A stretch of DNA of 63,970 nucleotides, filler included, from Babesia bigemina (taxonomy: Eukaryota), in NCBI RefSeq assembly GCF_000981445.1. It is 15 parts of 15 records of this genome, joined end to end, with 100 filler letters (N's around TTAATTAATTAA, not from the genome) between each part and the next. Parts side by side here need not be neighbours in the genome. Positions count along the whole stretch, not along the records: positions 1 to 2,122 come from NW_012237060.1; positions 2,223 to 5,098 come from NW_012237061.1; positions 5,199 to 10,549 come from NW_012237062.1; positions 10,650 to 14,872 come from NW_012237063.1; 11 more parts are not named here. One strand, given 5' to 3'. Made by a program: the position numbers and the translations under genes. Positions 1 to 11,046 of this stretch are shown in pieces (the stretch's first letter is position 1; every line of letters starts with the position of its first letter). The notes under the pieces were generated by a model that saw nothing but the letters and a program-made list of their open reading frames with translations, was not told where the DNA came from and did not search any database.

Positions 1-2122
1 CCCCAGATGAGCTGTCGGCCTGCTTTGGTTGCCTGCCAGCCTGACCCGCCGATGTACCTGCCGTAGTGGCAGTCCTTCCAGCCGCTGAGCTGAGCATTGT
101 GCCGACACTGCTTCAGCAGGAAGTACAGCTGGTGGTAGAGGCGCTTAAGCAGATCGAACAACATACACAGCAGTTGGATCATGTTGCTAGGGTAATCTAA
201 TTTAAGCGAGTTGTCGGAGAATTCACACGCGTAGATTCCGTCCCTGTGACCGTGGCCCAGGATAGCAGTGAGGACGGCATGGGAATGGGCAGACACATTG
301 TAGAGCTCTGCTTCAACGTCACCGTATTTGACAGCAGACGGGTGCGCATCGAAGGGCTGCAGCTTCTTTGTACCTGGATTTAGCTTGTCCTCCTTCATGA
401 ACTCAGATTCAACGTGCTTCTTGAACCTCTCGTACACGGGGTTGAACTGCAGGCCGTTACACCAGACGAGAATTTCGTAAACGGAGCATGGCGCCCGGGG
501 TTTGTCAATACGGGTAAGGTGGCAGACTTTGCAGTACGTCTGCAGGAAATCATAGAGTTTTTGGATGAGACCACTCTCCTCCGCGACGGTTACATCAAGC
601 TCGTCCGACCCGGATGTCGATGGAGGAATGCCGGTGACGGGAGATGACAGTTGACTGAACAAATTATGCGCTTCATTAGTTAGGTGTTTGAGAATGCTGC
701 TACCATTGAAGTCTTGTCTGTGATTCAGTCCGCCATTCTCAGCGTTCTCAGGACGATTGAAGTCATACCCGTTGTCGCGGAAGAAGAGAGCGTGGAGGCT
801 GGAGGTGCTGTCAGCTGGGTGATATATTTTGTAATCATTCCAGTTCTCATATTCGAGTCTATTCTTGAGTTCAGTTAGAGCGTCGTATAAGATGGGCGTG
901 ATGGTCCAACAGATTTTGGCGTAGTGTCCCAGTTCCTCCTCCTGCCATTGTCTCCCGGAGTAACTGCTCACGTAGGTTTTGTCAAGTGCGTCGACCAAAG
1001 CAGCAATTCCCCCTTTCAGGGCTTGTAACATGACCGTCGAAGATGTGCCGAATTGCCGAGGAGCGAGTTGGTCGAGAGTATTCTTAACTGTGTCTAAGTT
1101 ATCTCTAAATTGGTGATTGAAATGTTCGGAAGTTTTAAATCCATCAAGCAAAGTTAGAAGAGAGTTGTGCAAGGGCTCGTATTTTTGAAAGTCTGATATG
1201 AAGTCCGTCTGTGACTTCAAATAATGACATAAACGTCTGGAAGCGTTGTATGCTCTCTCAGCTGCCTGGCTGAGTGGAGACTTCTCTGGACGAGAGTGGG
1301 TGGTCTTGATGTCCCTAATGACTTTAATTCCTTTGTCAGTTCCAATGAAATACTTTTCTATTTTATTCATGAACCCTTTGTGCCCCTTTTCCAAATCGTT
1401 TTTTATTTCTTGCGGCAGCGGCTTCAACTCCTTCTCAACCCTTTCGGAGAACTCGGACAAGAGTTGTACTGTGGCGAGGAAATAATGCTTTTGCGAGTGG
1501 GTGGTGAGCGTCTCGATGGCTTGTTTTACTTGAGTGTTGAGGTGAGATTTAAGTTCTTTCGCGTAGTATTCTTCAGCTTTCGTCAAGTAGGTATCAAGCA
1601 GCGACTTGGTATCTCTGATAGCATCTGTCACCAGGCCCTTCTGTAGTTTGTCAAGTTTGTCAGAAATGGCTTGTAAGGTGTTCTCCTTGATTGTCTTGCT
1701 ATTCGCAGCGTTACCAATTTTATCGTCTTTCAGAGCGATCAATTTCGCATGGACGGCATTCGTGGTTTGATCTATAGCTTGCTCGAGATCTCCAAGGTGT
1801 TGTGTGATTGCGGTGGATACCTTATCCAGGCCATCGGTTATGTAGGAAACGGAGATGTCGGAAGCGTATGTGTCGATACCGTCCAGCGCGGTGGTAATTT
1901 CCTTTTTGATCGTCTCGAGGCCTTGGACACCTTTGTGGCTCCCTTTTATATCTGACTTGAGGTCGACGGGAGCTTTGCCAAGCAGGGTTGTGATATCATC
2001 CAAGTAGTTTTTGACGCCGTTCTTTTGCCCATCCGCCAATGCACCCGACTTCGTTTTGTCGCTGTCAACCAGCCCGGCGATTTTATTGAGTTTTTCCGTG
2101 ATTTGATCAAATCCCAGCGAAA
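1..2122 (-). CDS. ves1: ves1/VESA1-like variant surface antigen, internal fragment open at both ends (not in ORF track)
   Basis: Manual reverse translation of ~1-990 gives ALDKTYVSSYSGRQWQEEELGHYAKICWTITPILY...FNGSSILKHLTN...PCSVYEILVWCNGLQFN...GWKDCHYGR, matching the other ves-like ORFs here. The extension to 2122 was not checked codon by codon. Confidence 0.85.
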
Positions 2123-2222
2123 NNNNNNNNNNNNNNNNNNNNNNNNNNNNNNNNNNNNNNNNNNNNTTAATTAATTAANNNNNNNNNNNNNNNNNNNNNN
2201 NNNNNNNNNNNNNNNNNNNNNN
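2123..2222. other. Artificial contig linker (44N-TTAATTAATTAA-44N). Identical linkers at 5099, 10550, 14873, 22013, 25895, 35681, 42994, 46117, 48735, 54378, 56455, 59091 and 61700
   Basis: Fourteen identical 100-bp spacers whose core carries stops in all six frames. Confidence 0.98.
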
Positions 2223-3037
2223 CGCAGCCAAGTGCCCCTTGCTCCTCAATGCTCTAAAAGCTGGCTTCACCCCTCTCGTCGAGGAGCTCAAAAAGGCATA
2301 CGTGAGCAGTTACTCCGGGAGACAATTGCAAGAGGAAGAACTGGGACGCTACGCGAAAATCTGTTGGACCATCACGCCCATCTTATATCAAGAATTGACC
2401 GCCCTCAAAGATCACCTTGATATTGATGGTTGGACAGCTCATAGAATCTATGACGCCCATACACCCACCTCCAGCCTCCACGCTCTCTTCTTCCGCGACA
2501 ACGGGTATGACGTCCATCGTCCTGAGAACGCTGAGCATGGCGAACTGAATCACAAACGTGACTTTAATGGTAGCAGCATTCTCAAACACCTAACTAATGG
2601 ACCCCAATCACGCCGATTCATGTGAGTCCATTGTCAAATGCAAGTTTACCAGGCCGACGCTGTACAAATATGGCTTCGTAAATGAAGACGCATTGATGCT
2701 TGCCGATAAGCCAACCAAACGCACGTGCAAAGATTTCTGCAAGGCCCTAAAAACTGTTCTCAGTGATAAAGTAGATGACGACGCGGCACTTGCAAAGTTG
2801 GTATATGTAACGATTCCAGAATTCCTATACCAGATCCGTTTCCCCTTCATGACCTTAACCCTTTCCCTCTGGCTCCTCTCTCTGTTGTACCTCATCCACA
2901 TCATGGTCATCCGCCTCGACCTGCTCCACATCAAATCGCATCTACATAGTCCCTCGAGTCATCGCATCGCCGCTCAATCGCTACTTGCCGCCGCGCGTGT
3001 TAACAAGCTTAACAGGGTGCTTTACCTGCAACCGTAA
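2223..3037 (+). pseudogene. ves1: Internally deleted, frameshifted ves1-like gene: mid-region joined to an A-type C-terminus
   Basis: ORF 2239..2625 (AYVSSYSG...ILKHLTN) switches at 2599/2600, in another frame, to sequence identical to the reverse complement of 63601..63164 (DPNHADSC...NRVLYLQP). Confidence 0.8.
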
Positions 3038-3162
3038 TCGTACTCACGTGTTTACTGTCCACACTCACCTAGCATCACCTACTCACCTAACTTATGAATT
3101 GTGCTTTAATCTGTTACATTATTAATTGTATGAATTGTGAGCTTGATTGGCACGTGGGTTAA

Positions 3163-3378
3163 GTGTTGACCAACGTGTTTACCAACGTGTTGACCAACGT
3201 GTTGACCAACGTGTTTACCAACGTGTTGACCAACGTGTTGACCAATGTGCTGACCAAAGTGATGACCAAAGTGCTGACCAAGCACCTGACCAAAGTGCTG
3301 ACCAATGTGGTGACCAACGTGCTGACCAAAGTGGTGACCAATGCCATGACCAAAGTGGTGACCAATGCCATGACCAAG
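3163..3378 (+). repeat. 12-bp tandem repeat A (GTGCTGACCAAN / GTGTTGACCAAC)
   Basis: Directly visible; gives the spurious VLTN/VDQR ORFs. Confidence 0.95.
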
Positions 3379-3381
3379 CTG

Positions 3382-3667
3382 ATGGTTACGGCAGCGATGT
3401 CATGGTCACGGCAGCGATGACAGTGGTCACGGCAGCGATGACATGGTCACGGCAGCGATGACATGGTCACGGCAGCGATGGCATGGTCACGGCAGCGATG
3501 ACATCAACACGGCAGCGATGAGATGGTCACGGCAGCGATGAGATGGTCACGGCAGCGATGACATCAACACGGCAGCGATGGCATGGTCACGGCAGCGATG
3601 ACATCAACACGGCAGCGATGAGATGGTCACGGCAGCGATGAGATGGTCACGGCAGCGATGACATGGT
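3382..3667 (+). repeat. 20-bp tandem repeat B (ACATGGTCACGGCAGCGATG)
   Basis: Directly visible. Confidence 0.95.
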
Positions 3668-3687
3668 GACTAAAGTGGTGATTATTA

Positions 3688-4274
3688 CCCACTCTACATC
3701 GCTCCCTAACCCACTCTACATCGCCCCTTTATCCACCCTACATCGCTTCTTTACCCACTCTACATCGCTCCTTAACCCACTCTACATCGCTCCCTAACCC
3801 ACTCTACATCGCCCCTTATCCACTCTACATCGCCCCTTATCCACTCTACATCGCCCCTTATCCACTCTACATCGCCCCTAACCCACTCTACATCGCCCCA
3901 TCGCTCCCTTATCCACTCTACATCGCCCCTTTCACCACTCTACATCGCCCCTTTCACCACTCTACATCGCCCCTTCATCCACCCTACATCGCCCCTTAAC
4001 TCACTCCACATCGCCCCTTAACGTCCTCTAATCGCCCCTTAATCCACTCTACATCGCTCCCTAACCCACTCTACATCGCCCCTAAACCCACTCTACATCG
4101 CCCCTTAATCCACTCTACATCGCCCTTTTACCCACTCTACATCGCTCCTTTACCCACTCTACATCGCCCCTTAATCCACTCTACATCGCTCCCTAACCCA
4201 CTCTACATCGCTCCTTATCCACTCTACATCGCCCCTTTACCCACTCTACATCGCCCCTTTATCCACTCTACATC
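3688..4274 (+). repeat. ~22-bp C-rich tandem repeat C (CCACTCTACATCGCYCCTWAWC)
   Basis: Directly visible. Confidence 0.95.
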
Positions 4275-4302
4275 TCTCGAATTACCTCGTCTTATTACCG
4301 CT

Positions 4303-5005
4303 ATGACCTCTTTAGACCACAATAATAACTTGTGCTTGGTCACCCTTCACTGCCCTTCTGACTGAGTCCATCGACTGGTTGATCCAGGTTAGGCATGGGA
4401 ACGGTGATGGTGGTGATGGTCTTACCAAGTTGTCTCAAGCTTTGAAAAAGTTGATTGAGGAGGCTATTGAGAAGGCTTATACTTCTCTAAACAAGCAATA
4501 CCCTCTCGCTAAACCTCCTTCTAAAGTCGCCTCGTCTGCCGACTCGGCTCTTTCTACTGGCAAGCCTACTAAGTCTACTACTCCCGCGAAAAAAAGTTTT
4601 GAAGAGATTAAAAAAGACATTAATGAAGAAGTTACAAAGCTTCCTAAAACCATAAAAGAACTTGAAAATGACTCTTCTAATGATGATGTTACTAAGCGTT
4701 TATCTGACTGTCAGTCCAAGTTGGAGGCTTTGCAGACTGTGAATAAGCTTGCTGAATTTGCTGATTCACTTACTAAAAAACCTGAAAATGATAATATTTT
4801 AACGCATTTATGTTCCGCCCTCGAGAAATTCCTCGGCTTCAATCCATCTTCCAAAGGCTACGACGGCTCTGGGATTGTGTACTCTGACTTGGATAGGCTG
4901 TGTGACGGGGTGATGGCGTTTTTGCTTAGTATAATCACTGACGTAAATAACAACGAAAAACCTAAGAAATACAATACTATTTTGATAGCGTACTTGAAAC
5001 ATTAA
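4303..5005 (+). CDS. ves1: ves1-like gene, 5' fragment (leader ATG 4303, possible intron 4339..4366), degrading at the contig end
   Basis: ESIDWLIQVRHG and GYDGSGIVYSDLDRLCDGVMAFL motifs. Confidence 0.8.
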
Positions 5006-5198
5006 ACAGCTAATTTAATAGAAAAATTTTGATAGTAGTATTGCCGCGGTCAGTCAGGGGATAAGGGCGTGGGTAAAGGGGGGGAGGAAAGAATGAAANN
5101 NNNNNNNNNNNNNNNNNNNNNNNNNNNNNNNNNNNNNNNNNNTTAATTAATTAANNNNNNNNNNNNNNNNNNNNNNNNNNNNNNNNNNNNNNNNNNNN

Positions 5199-6387
5199 CT
5201 TTTTAGAAGATGGTCTCCCCGGCTTTTTGCCACACTCCTTCAGCAAGCCGGGTTGTAAGCTGACATGTACGCTCTCCAACCATGGAGGTATCCCTTGCAG
5301 AACGCCAATGGGCTTCGCTGACATAAGTGTCACTGCCTCTCACAGGCAGACGGGAGAGTATCTCAAGAAAGTGCTTGAGGGCTTTTGCGGCAGTGAGTCC
5401 GCTCCACTAACCAAGCTGTGCGCTCAGCTGACGTGTCTCTTACAAAAGCCTCCGCAGACACTCGGAGACATCTTCGCGTTCTACTATGGCTATATCACAG
5501 ATTACACCGGCGGGTTTTATGGAGTAAAAGCATCGCAGACGCATACGCAACAAGCATTTAGAGAGGCTGTCAACGCAGCATATTTTGGAACGCAATATGG
5601 AGGCCTTGATCCAAGTATATTGCTTGATAATCGTTCGCACCGTGACGCGCATTCCAAGGGCGATTTGATCAGCATAAGCAGCTGTACGTCTGCGTCAGTA
5701 GTACCTTGTGGTCTGTATGTTAAATCGCTGACGCAGGAAATCACTAGGTATTACTCCGCCGAACACAAGGCCAATCACCTGTCGTGGATAGTCTATATCA
5801 CGGAGACATTCTGCGATCTGCTTAAAAAATTATATGATGACTGTTGCAAGAAATGTGGACCAGCCGGAAGTAAGTGTCATGTGAAAAGCTGTGTCGAAAA
5901 CTGCCGAGTCAAATACACTGATTCAACAGGGAAGCCTACGACTCTATCCCCTACCCACAACCATTCGGCAAAATGCAAATCAATCGTCACGTGCCGTGAT
6001 ACTCACCCTACCCTGTACAGATACGGTTTTACCTTCGGACATCCATGGGGACTTAATGGCTCTGGTAATAATGAAGGGGCTAAAAGGACTTGCAGAGATT
6101 TCTGTGAAGCGATGAAAAAGATGCTCGGTGAAAATTCGGGTATTATTCAATTACGACATCAAATCGATAAGTTCCTCTGGGATATCAGAGAGAAATTCTC
6201 GATCACTGTATTAGCCCTCTGGCTCCTCTCTTTCCTGTACCTGCTCCACATCATGGTCATCCGCCTCGACCTGCTCCACATCAAATGTCACTTACACTCA
6301 CCATCATCACATCGTATCGCCGCTCAATCACTACTTGCTGCTGGACGCGTTAACAAGCTTAACAGGGTGTTTTATCTGCAACCATAA
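5199..6387 (+). CDS. ves1: ves1-like gene, 3' fragment, A-type tail (Cys-rich domain, TM, NRVFYLQP)
   Basis: PCRTPMGF and LSWIVY motifs; hydrophobic ITVLALWLLSFLYLLHIMVI; conserved tail. Confidence 0.9.
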
Positions 6388-6512
6388 TCGTACTCACGTG
6401 TTCACTGTCTACACTCACCTAGCATCACCTACTCACCTAACTTATGAATTGTGCTTTAATTTGTTGTATCACTCATTAATCGTTGTATGTGATTGTGTAG
6501 TACATAACTGAT

Positions 6513-6752
6513 GTGGTGACCTAATAGCTGACCTAGCACCTTACCAAAGTGCTGCCCAAAGTGTTGACCAAGGTGGTGACCAATGCCATGACCAACGTGC
6601 TGACCAATGTGCTGACCAAGGTGCTGACCAACGTGCTGACCAACGTGTTGACCAACGTGCTGACCAATGTGCTGACCAAAGTGCTGACCAACGTGGTGAT
6701 CAAACACCTGACCAACGTGCTGACCAAAGTGCTGACCAACGTGTTGACCAAG
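6513..6752 (+). repeat. 12-bp tandem repeat A
   Basis: GTGCTGACCAA units. Confidence 0.93.
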
Positions 6753-6755
6753 TTA

Positions 6756-7190
6756 GTGGTTACGGCAGCGATGACATGGTTACGGCAGCGATGACATGGT
6801 TACGGCAGCGATGACATGGTCAAGGCAGCGATGACATGGTTACGGCAGCGATGACATGGTCAAGGCAGCGATGACATGTTCACGGCAGCGATCGCATGGT
6901 CACGGCAGCGATGACATGGTCACGGCAGCGACGGCATGGTCACGGCAGCGATGAGATAGTTACGGCAGCGACGACATGGTCACGGCAGCGATGACATGGT
7001 TACCAAGTTGATGGTCACGGCAGCGATGACATGGTCACGGCAGCGATGACATGGTTACGGCAGCGATGACATGGTCAAGGCAGCGATGACATGTTCACGG
7101 CAGCGATCGCATGGTCACGGCAGCGATGACATGGTCACGGCAGCGACGGCATGGTCACGGCAGCGACGGCATGGTCACGGCAGCGATGAC
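6756..7190 (+). repeat. 20-bp tandem repeat B
   Basis: ACATGGTYACGGCAGCGATG units. Confidence 0.95.
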
Positions 7191-7216
7191 AGTGGTGACC
7201 TAAGTGGTGATTATCA

Positions 7217-9245
7217 TCCACTCCACATCGCTCCCTTTATCACTCTACATCGCCCCTTTTCACTCTACATCGCCCCTTTATCCACTCCTCATCGCCCCTT
7301 TATCCACCTACATCGCCCCTTAACCCACTCTACATCGCCCCTTAACCCACTCTACATCGCCCCTTTATCCACTCTACATCGCTCCCTAACCCACTCTACA
7401 TCGCCCCTTTATCCACTCTACATCGCTCCCTAATCCACTCTACATCGCTCCCTAACCCACTCCACATCGCTCCTTAACCCACTCCACATCGCCCCTTTAC
7501 CCACTCTACATCGCCCCTTAACCCACTCTACATCGCCCCTTTATCCACTCCACATCGCTCCCTAATCCACTCTACATCGCTCCCTAACCCACTCCACATC
7601 GCTCCTTAACCCACTCCACATCGCCCCTTTACCCACTCTACATCGCCCCTTAACCCACTCTACATCGCTCCCTAATCCACTCTACATCGCCCCTTTATCC
7701 ACTCTACATCGCCCCTTACTCCACTCTACATCGCCCCTTACTCCACTCTACATCGCTCCTTTATCCACTCTACATCGCTCCTTAACCCACTCTACATCGC
7801 CCCTTTATCCACTCTACATCGCTCCTTTACCCACTCTACATCGCCCCTTAACCCACTCCACATCGCTCCCTAACCCACTCTACATCGCTCCTTAACCCAC
7901 TCTACATCGCCCCTTAACCCACTCTATATCGCCCCTTAACCCACTCTATATCGCCCCTTAACCCACTCTACATCGCCCCTTTACCCACTCTACATCGCTC
8001 CTTAACCCACTCCACATCGCCCCTTATCCACTCTACATCGCTCCTTAACCCACTCTACATCGCCGCTTAACCCACTCTACATCGCTCCTCTATCCACTCT
8101 ACATCGGCCCTTAACCCACTCTACATCGCTCCCTTGTCCACTCCACATCGCTCCTTTATCCACTCTACATCGCCCCTTTACCCACTCCACATCGCCCCTT
8201 TACCCACTCTACATCGCCCCTTAATCCACTCTACATCGCTCCCTAACCCACTCCACATCGCCCCTTTACCCACTCTACATCGCCCCTTTACCCACTCTAC
8301 ATCGCCCCTTTACCCACTCTACATCGCCCCTTTATCCACTCTACATCGCTCCTTTATCCACTCTACATCGCTCCCTAACCCACTCTACATCGCTCCTTTA
8401 CCCACCCTACATCGCTCCCTAATCCACTCTGCATCGCCCCTTTATCCACTCTACATCGCCCCTTAACCCACTCTACATCGCCCCTTTATCCACTCTACAT
8501 CGCTCCTTAACCCACTCCACATCGCCCCTTTATCCACCTTACATCGCCCCTTATCCACCCTACATCGCCCCTTTACCCACTCCACATCGCCCCTAATCCA
8601 CTCTACATCGCTCCCTAACCCACTCCACATCGCTCCCTAATCCACTCTACATCGCTCCCTAATCCACTCCACATCGCTCCTTTATCCACTCTACGTCGCC
8701 CCTTATCCACTCTACATCGCTCCTTTATCCACTCTACATCGCTCCTTTATCCACCTTACATCGCCCCTTTATCCACTCTACATCGCTCCTTTACCCGCTC
8801 TACATCGCTCCCTAACCCACTCTACATCGCCCCTTAGTCTACTCTACATCGCCCCTTTACCCACTCCACATCGCCCCTTTATCCACTCTACATCGCTCCC
8901 TAACCCACTCTACGTCGCCCCTTAACCCACTCTACATCGCTCCCTAACCCACTCTACATCGCTCCTTTACCCACTCCACATCGCCCCTTTACCCACTCCA
9001 CATCGCCCCTTTATCCACTCTACATCGCCCCTTAACCCACTCTACATCGCTCCCTTATCCACTCTACATCGCTCCCTAACCCACTCTACATCGCTCCCTA
9101 ACCCACTCTACATCGCTCCCTAACCCACTCTACATCGCCCCTTAAACCACTCTACATCGCCCCTTAACCCACTCTACATCGCCCCTTAACCCACTCCACA
9201 TCGCTCCCTTACCCACTCTACATCGCCCCTTAACCCACTCTACAT
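7217..9245 (+). repeat. ~22-bp tandem repeat C (~2 kb)
   Basis: CCACTCTACATCGC units. Confidence 0.97.
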
Positions 9246-9274
9246 CCCTCGAATCACCTCGCCATATTACCGCT

Positions 9275-10549
9275 ATGACCTCTTTAAACCACAATAAAAA
9301 CTTGTGCCTTGTCCCCCTTCACCTCCCCTTCTGACTGAGTCCATCGACTGGTTGATCCAGGTTAGGTATGGGAATGGTGATGGTGGTGATGGTCTTGACC
9401 AGTTGTCTCAAGCTTTGAAAAAGTTGATTGAGGAGGCTATTGAGAAGGCTGAAAAGTCCCTCCAAGCCGAAAAAAATAAACTTGAATGCCCTGTTAAGTA
9501 TAAGGGAAATGAGTCCACTTGCCAGTATTATGATAGGCTGATTAAGGAAGCCAAGGACGCTAAAAATTCTGTTCATCCTAAAACTCAAATTCCAATAACT
9601 GAACTTGAAAAACAAAAACAACGCTGCCAAAATAACCACACTTATTACCGTGACGGTTCCAAGCAGAAAGCGTATGATGAAATTACTGAGCGTCAGAAAC
9701 AACTTAAAGATCTGAAAGTAAGCTTACGAAATTCACTGATTCACTTGATAAAACTAGGTAATAATAATCTTTTAACGCATTTATGCGACGGCCTTCAGAC
9801 TTTCCTCGGCTTCAACTCTGCTACGAAAGGCTACGACGGCAGTGGCATTGTGTACTCTGACCTTGACAGGCTGTGCGACGGGGTGATGGCGTTTTTGAGT
9901 GGTGTGCTTGGTGCGGTGAAAAACGAAAATGAAGTGACAACTTATGATAAATACATGACTAATAAACTTGAAACAGTTATTAGCACATTAAATAGTAAAA
10001 TTGGCTCCGGGCGTGCTGGGCTTGTGGAGTCTGTCGGCGCGGTGAAGGAGTGGTTGGAGGGGTATGAAGGTATGGTAAGTGAGAAAATAAATGAAGTGAA
10101 ACATCCCATTGAAAGTATCAAAGATGAAATAAAACGTCACAAAAATAAAATACGAGAAGAAGAAGAATTTCATATTTCCGATCAAATTTCTAACTGGACC
10201 GGACGTGCAGTTTGGTATATTGAGAAGGCGCAGAAAGCGAACACAGCTTTGGAAAAGATAGACAATCTACTGTTCGATAAGTTAAACCATAACGTTAAAT
10301 TAGTGTTGCAGGGTGTGACCATTTTCTTGGATGACGCCATGAATAAAGATTTGGAGAATATCTATAACACGACTGAAACACAAATGATGCAGGTGCTTGA
10401 CGAGATATATGAAATTGTCGAGAATAAGAACAAAGCCATTCAATGGTATTTAAGAAAACATTTTACCCATTTGCATGAAAAGTTTAAGAAATTCAACGCC
10501 GAAAAATTGGGGTTATTAAAAAATGTTATCAATGAAGATATTGGCCGGC
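9275..10549 (+). CDS. ves1: ves1-like gene, 5' fragment (leader ATG 9275, possible intron 9311..9339), cut by the contig end
   Basis: LTESIDWLIQ, LECPVKY and GIVYSDLDRLCDGVMAFLSGVL motifs. Confidence 0.88.
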
Positions 10550-10650
10550 NNNNNNNNNNNNNNNNNNNNNNNNNNNNNNNNNNNNNNNNNNNNTTAATTA
10601 ATTAANNNNNNNNNNNNNNNNNNNNNNNNNNNNNNNNNNNNNNNNNNNNT

Positions 10651-10810
10651 CATCGCTCCTTAACCCACCCTACATCGCTCCCTAACCCACTCTCCATCGC
10701 TCCTTTACCCACTCTACATCGCTCCCTAACCCACTCTACATCGCTCCTTTATCCACTCCACATTGCCTTTTTATCCACTCTGCATCGCCCCTTAACCCAC
10801 TTTACATCGC
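10651..10810 (+). repeat. ~22-bp tandem repeat C
   Basis: Directly visible. Confidence 0.93.
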
Positions 10811-11005
10811 TCGAATTACCTCGCCATAATACCGCTATGACTTCTATAAACCATGCCCATAACTTGTCCCTTGTCACCTTTCCCTTCCCCTCTTCCACCG
10901 CTTGCCACTGCCATGTGCCATCATGTTCACCCTATCTCCAAATCTTTCGAATTACTACGTTATATTAACGCTATGACCTCCATAAACCTTTATAATAACT
11001 TGTTG
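10810..11005 (+). promoter_or_regulatory. Tandemly duplicated ves leader (CGAATTAC...CGCTATGAC...ATAACTTGT, twice, ~136-bp period)
   Basis: ATGs at 10837 and 10973 in the same context; similar layout at 36466..36660 and 25389..25533. Confidence 0.6.
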
Positions 11006-11046
11006 ATACTGACCATTCTCTTACTGATGATGCTACTAGAAGAGCC

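Noticed and set aside
2167..2178. Recurrent palindrome TTAATTAATTAA
   Set aside because: It is always centred in exactly 44+44 Ns, so it is an assembly linker. ORFs ending in XXXLIN are artefacts of it.
3147..3461. Repeat-derived ORFs (VLTN, VDQR, HIAP, TAAMT, CLGASLA and similar)
   Set aside because: These are translations of satellites. B and C units are not multiples of 3, and A and D give short ORFs in several frames with no unique flanks.
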